Positions 1-8,586 of a stretch of DNA of 58,335 nucleotides are shown one piece after another. The position numbers were made by a program, and so were the translations under genes. The DNA is from an uncultured Bacteroidales bacterium (GTDB lineage: Bacteria; Bacteroidota; Bacteroidia; Bacteroidales; WCHB1-69): positions 1-58,335 of the forward strand of contig CALDIA010000087.1 in NCBI GenBank assembly GCA_937901455.1, written 5' to 3'. The notes below the pieces were generated by a model that was not told the DNA's origin, did not search any database, and saw only the letters and a list, made by a program, of their open reading frames with translations. The first letter of the stretch is position 1. Every line of letters begins with the position of its first letter.

Positions 1-25
1 GGGCCAGTCACACACCCGCCGCCCC

Positions 26-859
26 TTGTGGGGCATCCGCTGGTGCGCCACCCTCCTGCTGGTGGTCGCGGCCCTCACGGTCTCCGCCCAGCGCGAGCAC
101 ACCCGCACCGTGACCGCCACTGGCGCATACGTGGCCAGTATGGATGAAACACCCGCTTACGGGCAGGCGCGCGCTCTGGCGGAAGCCAAGAAACAGGCCC
201 TGCGTGAGGCTGGCGTTACGGAGGATATTTCCTCTACTACCATTTTGGTGCTTGGAGGTGCCAACAACAGCTTTCAGGAGATCTCGTCTGAACTGAGCCG
301 CATAGAGCTTGAGGGGCGCGTGCGTGTGAAAAAACAGACGGATGCGCCACCAGTCTTCACCGACGATAAACTCGTAAAATACACCACTACCATCATTGCC
401 GAGGTGATAGTGGAAGAATCCGAAGAGGACCTGCAGTTTCAGTTCAAGACAGAAGGGTTGCAGCATACCTATCGGTCGGGCGAGCCCATGAGCTTCACCA
501 TAACACCCACCAAAGATTGCTATCTCCGCATATTTCTTTTTGGCAAACATCCTTCTGCCAACGCACAGGTCTATCCCATCGAGGGCATATTCAAAGATAT
601 TCAACTAAAAGCTGGAGTTTCTACCATTTTTCCACCGAACATCCATCCTTTCCTGTATGATATTCCTTTTGAATATACTATGGAACTGGAAGATGAAAGA
701 GAAAATGTGGAGCAAGATGTAATCCTGATAGTGGCACTCAAAAAGTCTTACCCTTTTGTGGAAGAGGTAACGTACGAGAATGTGATTTCCTGGTTGTCCA
801 AAATAAAAAGGAGCGAAAAATGTGTGCTTTGGGAAGGGGTGAATATAGTTAAGAATTAA
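26..859 (+). CDS. Secreted or lipoprotein-like hypothetical protein (LPP20-like N-half, DUF4384-like C-half)
   Basis: 277-aa ORF. The frame stays open to position 2, so the start may lie upstream of the window or be the TTG at 26. The N-terminus is signal-like (CATLLLVVAALTVSAQ). The Ala/Lys-rich helical N-half resembles LPP20-type lipoproteins. The C-half (CYLRIFLFGKH..QVYP) resembles DUF4384. Family calls are by eye only. Confidence 0.55.
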   Translation: MWGIRWCATLLLVVAALTVSAQREHTRTVTATGAYVASMDETPAYGQARALAEAKKQALREAGVTEDISSTTILVLGGANNSFQEISSELSRIELEGRVRVKKQTDAPPVFTDDKLVKYTTTIIAEVIVEESEEDLQFQFKTEGLQHTYRSGEPMSFTITPTKDCYLRIFLFGKHPSANAQVYPIEGIFKDIQLKAGVSTIFPPNIHPFLYDIPFEYTMELEDERENVEQDVILIVALKKSYPFVEEVTYENVISWLSKIKRSEKCVLWEGVNIVKN

Positions 860-1052
860 GAGTTAAGAATTGAAAATTTATAATGGTAAGTCAAATCGCA
901 ATTGTTGATGTAATTATTTGGGAATCATTTTATTAATTTGAGTGCACATTTTTTTATTTTTTTTTGATAGATTCGGGAGGCGAGGAAACTATATAGGAAT
1001 GTACAACGATTTGAAATCAATCAATAATTAATCATCATAAAAATCAGAAAAA

Positions 1053-1799
1053 ATGAAAAACACAGTAAAATTATTCAGCATGTTAGTTTTGGGAGTCAGC
1101 CTCTTTGTCGCAGTTCCTGTTTCTGCACAAAACAATAAAGCGGAGAAAAAGGAAAACAAGGAATTGAAGAAAGACCAGAAGGAAATTCATGCTGCCGTCT
1201 ATCAGAAATCTGAAAAGATGGCCTTGAAAGAAGCTAAAAAACTGGAGAGGGCTGGGTGGAAAACCATGGGACTGCCGATTGCCAAGCAGTTGGATGAGAC
1301 TTGGATGAAGATGTATGACCGAGATGCCAGCGGATACCCTCGTTACATGTGGGCACAAGAGATGGCTACGGGCAACTCCTTTGCGGCCGCACAATCCCAA
1401 GCTGACAACGTGGCCAAACTCCGTATCGCTTCCCAGGTGAGCAGTAGTGTGGCGGCCCTGACCGATGTGGCCTTGGCCAACCAGGAAATCTCTGCCAAAG
1501 AGGCTGCATCCATCACTAAAACCGTTGAGAATGCCAAAGTGCTCGTGTCGCAAAAGTTGGGACGCACCTTCAAAACGATGGAATTATATCAGGAATTGAG
1601 CAACGGGAACTATCGCGTCAGAGTGACCATGTTCTACGATATGAAGGCTGCTGTTGCTATTGCCCGTGAGGTGATGTTGGAGGAGTTGAAGAAAGATTCC
1701 GATCTCAACAAGGCCCAGTTGGAGAAACTGATGGGTATGGACAAACTCATGGACCAGGTGGCCAAAGATATGCCTGTATATGACGAAATCGCAGAATAG
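1053..1799 (+). CDS. Secreted hypothetical protein, LPP20-like
   Basis: 248-aa ORF with a signal peptide (MKNTVKLFSMLVLGVSLFVAVPVSAQ). It has a Lys/Glu-rich linker, then an Ala-rich helical segment (AAQSQADNVAKLRIASQVSSSVAAL) typical of LPP20-type lipoproteins. A hairpin terminator follows. Confidence 0.55.
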   Translation: MKNTVKLFSMLVLGVSLFVAVPVSAQNNKAEKKENKELKKDQKEIHAAVYQKSEKMALKEAKKLERAGWKTMGLPIAKQLDETWMKMYDRDASGYPRYMWAQEMATGNSFAAAQSQADNVAKLRIASQVSSSVAALTDVALANQEISAKEAASITKTVENAKVLVSQKLGRTFKTMELYQELSNGNYRVRVTMFYDMKAAVAIAREVMLEELKKDSDLNKAQLEKLMGMDKLMDQVAKDMPVYDEIAE

Positions 1800-1864
1800 T
1801 ATTGGAATAATCAAGCACAAGCACTCTCGAACAGGGTGCTTTTGCTTTTAAAATTGAAAACACA

Positions 1865-3313
1865 ATGAAAAGGATTTGGAGATTATGGGCGCTGTTGCTT
1901 GTTTGGTTCCCGCAGATGGCGATGTCGCAAAACTTTGATGATGCATTTAAAGCGTTCGCCTCACAAAACCAACAATCGTTCAACCATTTTGCGGACAGCA
2001 TAAACCGACAGTTTGCGGCGGCTATGGAAACCCATATGAAAGCCTTTATTGGAGAGGAACCAAAAGTCAGGGATTCAAGACCCAAGCCGAAACAATTGCC
2101 GGTTTTGGAAGATGCGCCTGCGCCAGAAAACCTGCCTGCTCCAATTCCAGAACCAGAAAGCAAACCGGAGCGTGACAAACCTCAACCTGAACCAGTTCCG
2201 GAGAAGCCTGCCATTCCTTCAGCACCTGCAGAGAATCTGAATGTAATGGATTTGAATCTGTTCGGTGAGCCTTTACAGATTGTCAAACCTTCATTTCCTG
2301 CAAGGCTGAATGGCATCTCACCGAAGGATGTTTCTGATTTTTGGATTCATCTTTCTGAATGTAATTACAAAGCGATGGTACATGCTTGCAAAACTGTCCA
2401 AAAGCAATTGGCCTTTAATGATTGGGCTGTATATCAGTTGGTTCTTCAGTTGGCTCAAAAAACATACAATGGCCTATATGATGAACAAGCTGTCATGACT
2501 GTCTTCTTGCTTAACCAACTCGGTTTAGAGGCTAAAGTCGGCTTTGAGAAATCCCACCTTTTCTGTCTCTTGGCGTTTGAACAACAACTGTATGGGATTT
2601 CCTTCTCAGATGTAAATGGTACCCGTTATTACCTTTTTGAAACGGATCCTAAATACGCCAAACAAAAACAAAATTACACCTTTTGGACATACGATCATTC
2701 GTTTCCCGCTCCTACACATGGTTTGGATATGAATATACGGCAAACTATGAAGATTAGACATCAAAACGTGGAGACAATTTGCGACTCATGTATAGATATC
2801 AACATGAGTATGATAGAACTTTTTGCGACCTATCCCCAAGTTGATATTGAAGTTTATGCCAACGCCAAACCAAGCGAAGATTTTTCACAATCCATAGACA
2901 GACTGATCAAGCCATATTTAGCAGATTTATCTACGTTAGAGTCCGTATCTTTCTTGTTAGCATATCTGCAATACGGCTTTGAATATGCCGCTGATGATGA
3001 ACAGTTCGGGTATGAAAAGCCTTTCTTTTGTGAGGAAAACTATTATTATGCAAAAAATGATTGCGAAGATCGGAGTATTCTGTTTTCCTATTTGGTGCGT
3101 CACCTATTGCATCTGGATGTTGTCTTGATTGATTATCCAGGGCATCTTGCCACAGCAGTGCATTTCCCTATGGAGATAGGTGGCGAATCTGTCGTTTATA
3201 AGGGGAAGCGATATGTCATTTGTGATCCTACTTATTTAGGGGCACCTGTTGGAGTAGAAATGCCTGAATATACGGCTAAAGATCGAACCATAATACCGAT
3301 AAAAAAACTATAA
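1865..3313 (+). CDS. Secreted protein with Pro-rich linker and C-terminal transglutaminase-like (Cys-His-Asp) fold
   Basis: 482-aa ORF with a signal-like N-terminus (LWALLLVWFPQMAMSQ). It has a Pro/Glu/Lys linker (PKPKQLPVLEDAPAPENLPAPIPEPESKPE..). The C-terminus carries NDCEDRSILFSYLVR, then PGHLATAV, then ICDPTY, which fits a Cys-His-Asp papain or transglutaminase-like core. Confidence 0.5.
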   Translation: MKRIWRLWALLLVWFPQMAMSQNFDDAFKAFASQNQQSFNHFADSINRQFAAAMETHMKAFIGEEPKVRDSRPKPKQLPVLEDAPAPENLPAPIPEPESKPERDKPQPEPVPEKPAIPSAPAENLNVMDLNLFGEPLQIVKPSFPARLNGISPKDVSDFWIHLSECNYKAMVHACKTVQKQLAFNDWAVYQLVLQLAQKTYNGLYDEQAVMTVFLLNQLGLEAKVGFEKSHLFCLLAFEQQLYGISFSDVNGTRYYLFETDPKYAKQKQNYTFWTYDHSFPAPTHGLDMNIRQTMKIRHQNVETICDSCIDINMSMIELFATYPQVDIEVYANAKPSEDFSQSIDRLIKPYLADLSTLESVSFLLAYLQYGFEYAADDEQFGYEKPFFCEENYYYAKNDCEDRSILFSYLVRHLLHLDVVLIDYPGHLATAVHFPMEIGGESVVYKGKRYVICDPTYLGAPVGVEMPEYTAKDRTIIPIKKL

Positions 3314-3433
3314 CTTTCTTAATAGTTGTGCACAACACGAAATCAGTGCTATAATTATGAAGAATAGATTTTTATTCCTTTCCATGTTGGTAGCCCTGTT
3401 TTTTTTATGCCCTCATGCGTACGAGCGAAACTT

Positions 3434-4297
3434 TTAGCGGACACCCATAATTTCTTTCATACTTATCATCTTATACAACAGCGTGGCGGCGAGGACATCG
3501 GAGGCCTTGTCGTCGGGTTGGGGGCAGAGCTCCACAACGTCGAAACCCACGACTGTGCGCTGGCGGAAGACTTCTTCCAAGAGGTGTAGCGTGGGGTACC
3601 ACTGCAGTCCGCCGGGCAGCGGCGTGCCGGTGGCCGGCAGAATAGAGGGGTCCAGACCGTCTAAGTCGAAGGTGATATACACCTGGCTGGTGAGGCGCTC
3701 CACAACCCGCGAAATCCAGTCGTGGCTGTCGTGGATTTGGTGGGCATAGAAGATATTCTCAGGCACAATGCTTCCCATCTCTTCGCGGCAGACGTTGCGG
3801 ATGCCTACCTGCACCACGCGGGCGTACTCCTGTGCGCGACGCATGACGCAGGCGTGGTTGTAGGGCGACCCATGGTATGCGTCGCGCAGGTCAGCGTGCG
3901 CATCAATCTGCAAGACGGTCAGGTCGCCATGACGCTCGGACATAGCCCGGATGATGCCTGCCGAGATGGAATGCTCGCCACCTACACCGACCACAAACTT
4001 GCCCATCTCTATGAAATGTGCCGCCCGTGCATACACGCTGCCCACCATGGCCTCGGGCGTAGTAAAGTCGTAACTGTGGTGGTCGGTGTAAATGCCCGCG
4101 TTGCAAGCCTCTATGTTATATTGTACGTCGTATAGTTCCAGACTGTCGGAGGCGTCGAGTATGGCCTGCGGACCTTTGTCGGCCCCCTTTACGAAGGTGC
4201 TTGTGCCATCGTAGGGCACCAGCATCATGACATATTTTGACTCTTTTAGTGTGTATTCCTTGTCCGTATCTAAGAAATAGGGCATCTTCTTGATCAT
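3434..4297 (-). CDS. speB: Agmatinase (ureohydrolase family)
   Basis: 287 aa with ureohydrolase Mn-binding motifs GGEHSIS, IDAHADLRD and ITFDLDGLDPS. There is an ATGA start/stop overlap with uvrA. Confidence 0.8.
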   Translation of the reverse strand: MIKKMPYFLDTDKEYTLKESKYVMMLVPYDGTSTFVKGADKGPQAILDASDSLELYDVQYNIEACNAGIYTDHHSYDFTTPEAMVGSVYARAAHFIEMGKFVVGVGGEHSISAGIIRAMSERHGDLTVLQIDAHADLRDAYHGSPYNHACVMRRAQEYARVVQVGIRNVCREEMGSIVPENIFYAHQIHDSHDWISRVVERLTSQVYITFDLDGLDPSILPATGTPLPGGLQWYPTLHLLEEVFRQRTVVGFDVVELCPQPDDKASDVLAATLLYKMISMKEIMGVR

Positions 4298-7134
4298 AGT
4301 TCTTTGGCTAAATATTGAGCGGTGAAACCTTTGTTTTTCTTGACAATCTGTTCGGGTGTGCCGGTGGCTAAGATCTCCCCACCGTAACGTCCGCCCTCAG
4401 GACCCATGTCGATGATATGGTCGGCCATCTTGATGACATCCATGTTGTGCTCTATGATTATGACTGTGTTGCCTTTATCCACCAACTTGTTGAGCACCTC
4501 CAGGAGTACGTGTATGTCGTGGAAGTGAAGTCCGGTGGTGGGTTCGTCGAGGATATAGACGGTGTGGCCTGTATCTTTGCGCGACAGTTCGGAGGCGAGT
4601 TTTACGCGCTGTGCTTCGCCGCCGGATAGGGTAGTGGATGATTGGCCGAGATGGAGGTATCCGAGGCCCACATCCACTAAGGTTTGCAGCTGGTTGGTGA
4701 TGGTGGGGATGTTCTCAAAGAAATGCAACGCCTGCTCAATGTCCATATTGAGTACGTCATTGATGGACTTGCCCTTGTAGCGCACTTCAAGAGTCTCGTT
4801 GTTGAAACGTTTGCCGCCGCATTCGGAGCAGGTTACGTACACATCGGGTAGGAAATTCATCTCGATAGTCTCCACGCCAGTGCCCTTGCATGTTTCGCAT
4901 CGTCCGCCGGTCACGTTGAAGGAAAAGCGTCCGGGCTTGTAGCCGCGGATCTTGGCTTCTGGCAGGGAGGTGAAGAGTTTGCGGATATGGTCGAGCACCC
5001 CGACGTAGGTGGCGGGGTTGGAGCGCGGCGTACGCCCGATGGGCTGCTGGTCAATCTCGATGACCTTGTCGATATGTTCGAGTCCGAGCATGTCGCGGTA
5101 GGGTAGGGGCTTCTTCTCCGATCGGTAGATGTGGTGGTTGAGGATGGGGAAGAGGGTCTCGTTGATAAGGGTGGACTTGCCGCTTCCCGATACGCCTGTG
5201 ACGCAGATCAGAGTGCCGAGGGGAAAGTCCACGGTCACATCTTTCAGATTATTGCCGGTGGCGCCAATAAGGGTAAGATTTTCCCCGCTGCCTTTTCGCC
5301 GTTTTTTAGGCACGGTGATGCGCTTGCGCCCAGTGAGGTAGTCGGCTGTGATGCCTTGGCTCTTGAGAATGTCGCTGTAAGTGCCTGCGGCGATGATCTC
5401 TCCACCTTGCTCGCCAGCCTTGGGGCCCACGTCCACAATGTAGTCGGCAGCCTCCATGATGTCGCGGTCGTGTTCTACCACAATGACGGAGTTGCCGAGG
5501 TTGCGGAGACTCTTGAGTGACTCGATGAGCAGGTGGTTGTCGCGCTGGTGCAGTCCGATGCTGGGCTCGTCAAGGATGTACATGACATTCACCAGCTGGG
5601 AACTGATTTGGGTGGCTAAGCGTATGCGCTGTGCCTCACCGCCCGACAAGGATGCTGCTGACCGCTCTAAGGAGAGGTACTGGATACCTACGTTGCAGAG
5701 GAACCGCAGGCGGAAGATGATCTCGCGCAATATTTCCGCGGCAATCTTGTTCTGTTGCGATGATAAGTGTTTGGGCAATGCCTCAACCCATTGCAGCAGG
5801 TCTTTGAGATCCATGGCCGACAGTTCGGCAATATTCTTGCCATGGATGCGGAAGTGAAGTGACTCTTTGCGGAGGCGCGCGCCATGGCATTCCGGACAAG
5901 GCACCATGTTGATGAACTGGTTGAGCCACTTATTGAGAGAGGCTGGCATGGCTTCCGCATTCAAGCTGCTGAGGAAGCTGACAACACCGTCAAAGGTTTT
6001 CTTGATGGGGGCCAAACCTGCCACCTCACGTTTTACGTGTATGATCTCTGTAGTGCCGTACAGCACCATGTTGAGGTTCTGTTCTGATAGGTCTCGGATA
6101 GGGTCAGACAAGGAGAAGTGGTATTTCTCGGCCAGGGCTTCCAATTCCCTGAATATCATGCTTCTCTTGTATTCTCCAATAGCCACAATGCCGCCTTGGC
6201 GTATCGATTTGCTGTCATCGGGGATGATTTTCTTGATGTCCAATTCGGTCACATAGCCCAGTCCGTTGCAGTGCTCGCAGGCACCATAGGGGGAGTTGAA
6301 GGAAAAGGTGTTTGGCTCGGGTTCCGGGTAGGAGATACCCGTGGTGGGACACATCAGGAACTTGCTGTACGTTTTCACCTCCCCGCTGTTGTTGTCCAGC
6401 ACCATGACGGTGCCCTTGCCATACTTCATGGCCAACTGGATACTGTGGGTGAGTCGCAGTTTGGAGTTTTCCTTCACGTCGATGGAGTCCACAACCAACT
6501 CGATATCGTGGATTTTGTAGCGGTCCACCTGCATGTTTAGGGTGATTTTGTGGAGGGTGCCGTCCACGCGCACGCGGGTGAAGCCCTGCCCGCGGATGTT
6601 CTCGAAGAGCTCGCGGTAGTGCCCTTTGCGTCGCTTGACGATGGGCGACAGCAACGTGACGGAGCAGCCTTGATAGCGGGTAATGAGCAGGTCGGTGAGT
6701 TCTTTCTCGGTGTAGTGCACCATCTTCTCGCCTGTGTTGTAAGAGAAAGCCTCGCCCACGCGTGCATAGAGCAGTCGCAGAAAGTCGTACACCTCTGTAA
6801 TAGTGCCCACCGTGGAGCGCGGGTTCTTATTGACGGTTTTCTGCTCAATGGAGATGACGGGATTAAGTCCGGTAATCCGGTCCACATCCGGATGCTCCAG
6901 ACTACCAATGAAGCGGCGTGCATAGGCAGAGAAGGTCTCCATGTAGCGTCGCTGCCCCTCTGCATAGATAGTGTCGAACGCCAGTGAAGACTTGCCACTG
7001 CCGCTGAGACCGGTGATGACGACCAACTGCTGCTGCGGAATAGTGACATCCACATTCTTGAGGTTGTTTTCGCGAGCACCCGTCACTATCAAAGCGTCTT
7101 CTGCAAAATTGTTGCTGTCCATTTTGTGAGGCAA
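4294..7134 (-). CDS. uvrA: Excinuclease ABC subunit A
   Basis: 946 aa with two ABC ATPase modules (GLSGSGKSS, GVSGSGKST, two LSGGE signatures) and zinc-finger Cys clusters (CEHCNGLG, CPECHG, CETCKG..CSECGG). Confidence 0.95.
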   Translation of the reverse strand: MPHKMDSNNFAEDALIVTGARENNLKNVDVTIPQQQLVVITGLSGSGKSSLAFDTIYAEGQRRYMETFSAYARRFIGSLEHPDVDRITGLNPVISIEQKTVNKNPRSTVGTITEVYDFLRLLYARVGEAFSYNTGEKMVHYTEKELTDLLITRYQGCSVTLLSPIVKRRKGHYRELFENIRGQGFTRVRVDGTLHKITLNMQVDRYKIHDIELVVDSIDVKENSKLRLTHSIQLAMKYGKGTVMVLDNNSGEVKTYSKFLMCPTTGISYPEPEPNTFSFNSPYGACEHCNGLGYVTELDIKKIIPDDSKSIRQGGIVAIGEYKRSMIFRELEALAEKYHFSLSDPIRDLSEQNLNMVLYGTTEIIHVKREVAGLAPIKKTFDGVVSFLSSLNAEAMPASLNKWLNQFINMVPCPECHGARLRKESLHFRIHGKNIAELSAMDLKDLLQWVEALPKHLSSQQNKIAAEILREIIFRLRFLCNVGIQYLSLERSAASLSGGEAQRIRLATQISSQLVNVMYILDEPSIGLHQRDNHLLIESLKSLRNLGNSVIVVEHDRDIMEAADYIVDVGPKAGEQGGEIIAAGTYSDILKSQGITADYLTGRKRITVPKKRRKGSGENLTLIGATGNNLKDVTVDFPLGTLICVTGVSGSGKSTLINETLFPILNHHIYRSEKKPLPYRDMLGLEHIDKVIEIDQQPIGRTPRSNPATYVGVLDHIRKLFTSLPEAKIRGYKPGRFSFNVTGGRCETCKGTGVETIEMNFLPDVYVTCSECGGKRFNNETLEVRYKGKSINDVLNMDIEQALHFFENIPTITNQLQTLVDVGLGYLHLGQSSTTLSGGEAQRVKLASELSRKDTGHTVYILDEPTTGLHFHDIHVLLEVLNKLVDKGNTVIIIEHNMDVIKMADHIIDMGPEGGRYGGEILATGTPEQIVKKNKGFTAQYLAKEL

Positions 7135-7147
7135 TTTTCAAAGGGCG

Positions 7148-7155
7148 CAAAAATA
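7148..7155 (-). promoter_or_regulatory. Bacteroidota -7 box TAnnTTTG (reads TATTTTTG on the minus strand) for uvrA-speB
   Basis: Plus-strand caaaaata lies 13 nt upstream of the uvrA ATG. The same box recurs before most transcription units in the window. Confidence 0.5.
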
Positions 7156-7203
7156 CGAAATTTATTCGGATAAGGTACCCAAGGGAAATGTCTTGAGCTT
7201 GTT

Positions 7204-8034
7204 TTAGTTCATTCCTCTGGCTTTCTTGATGCGGTCGTAGGCGTTGTTTACCTGGGCGAACTTCTCCTCAGCAGCCTTGCGTACGTCCTCGCCCAAGTGC
7301 CCCACCTTGTCGGGGTGGTGCTTCTTGGCTGCCTCACGGTAGGCCTTCTTGACCTCCTCGTCGGTGGCGTCAGGACTGACCTCCAAGATTTTGTAGTCGT
7401 CTTCAATATTGTAGTTGATACGGCTGCCCGAGTAGCCACCACCCGACTCTTGATAGCTGCCATAGCCTGATTCATAGCCACCAGTGTCGTAGTCGTACTG
7501 ATACTGATAGCTTTGTCTTGCGTACATGGCTTTGATGGCTTCGAAACTGGTTCGGTTGATACCGCAGAGGTCGGAGATGTTGCGAATGGCGGTCATCTCC
7601 AAGTCGTTGAAGTTGTCGTCGGAGTACCCGAATCCGAAAAGGAAGTGCAAGATCATAAGCTTTTCGGAGGAGGTGGCGTGCGCTTTGATGTCTTGGCAAA
7701 CCGCGTTAATGTCTATGTTCTCATCCAAAATGTCGCGAAAACGCAATAGGGCGGCTTGAGCGTGACTTTCATCCAGGTTCTTGAGTAGGAAGCGTTTCAT
7801 GTAGGCGAGTTCCGACTGCAATAGCCGGTTGTTGTCGGCGCGGGCCACGTAGGCGGCCAGCACCAGCTCATGTTCCAGAAAGAGGTTGGCCTGGTAGTAG
7901 TGGGTCTCGCGCTTGACCTTGTGCGTGCCTCTATTGTCTATAAGCGAACCCAATATGGCACCGGCGATAGCGCCTGGAAATCCGAACAGGCTACCGCCGA
8001 CAAGCATCCCGATGATTGAAAATAAACACCCCAT
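7204..8034 (-). CDS. DjlA-like membrane co-chaperone (TM segment, TerB-like domain, C-terminal J domain)
   Basis: 276 aa with an N-terminal Gly-rich TM segment. The C-terminal J domain reads [32 protein letters not shown] with the HPD motif. A Tyr/Gly/Ser low-complexity linker lies between. Confidence 0.75.
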   Translation of the reverse strand: [276 protein letters not shown]

Positions 8035-8055
8035 AGTTCTATTTTGTTATGATGA

Positions 8056-8577
8056 TTACCATACGAAAGCGTCTTTGCCAAACCATTTTCCTTGAGCTTT
8101 CAAGACCATCTCGACGATGTCGCGCACAGCACCGTTGCCCCCATTTTTTGGCGACACGTAGTCGGCCACCGCCTTGATTTCCTCGGCGGCGTCATTAGGA
8201 CAGCAGCTGAGTCCCGCCATCTGCATGATGGGATAGTCGGGAATGTCATCGCCCACCACCAAAACCTGCTCGACGGTGAGGCCGTTTTCGGCCATGTACT
8301 CGTTGAGTTTTCCGACCTTGTCGCGCACTCGCAAGTGGATTTCCATGCCATGAAATTCCTCATAGCGCTTGCGCATGGACTGGGCATATCCGCCAGAGAT
8401 AACGGCCACGCGGTAGCCGTTCGACAGCGCATAGTGGAGCGCATAGCCGTCTTTTACATTGGTGGCACGTACCTGTTCGCCATCGCTCTGTACATACACC
8501 TTGCCGTCGGAGAGTACTCCGTCAAAGTCGAGGACGAAAGTGTTGATGCTCTGTAATCTCTCTGTTAAATCTTTCAT
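8056..8577 (-). CDS. kdsC: 3-deoxy-D-manno-octulosonate 8-phosphate phosphatase (HAD, YrbI family)
   Basis: 173 aa with HAD motifs: FVLDFDGVLSDG, VISGG, and VGDDIPD followed by NDAA. Confidence 0.8.
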   Translation of the reverse strand: MKDLTERLQSINTFVLDFDGVLSDGKVYVQSDGEQVRATNVKDGYALHYALSNGYRVAVISGGYAQSMRKRYEEFHGMEIHLRVRDKVGKLNEYMAENGLTVEQVLVVGDDIPDYPIMQMAGLSCCPNDAAEEIKAVADYVSPKNGGNGAVRDIVEMVLKAQGKWFGKDAFVW

Positions 8578-8586
8578 AGTTGTTTA

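Noticed and set aside
8-604. A 198-aa minus-strand ORF at the window start.
   Set aside because: It is the antisense shadow of the GC-rich 5' half of the 26-859 ORF and shows no motif support.
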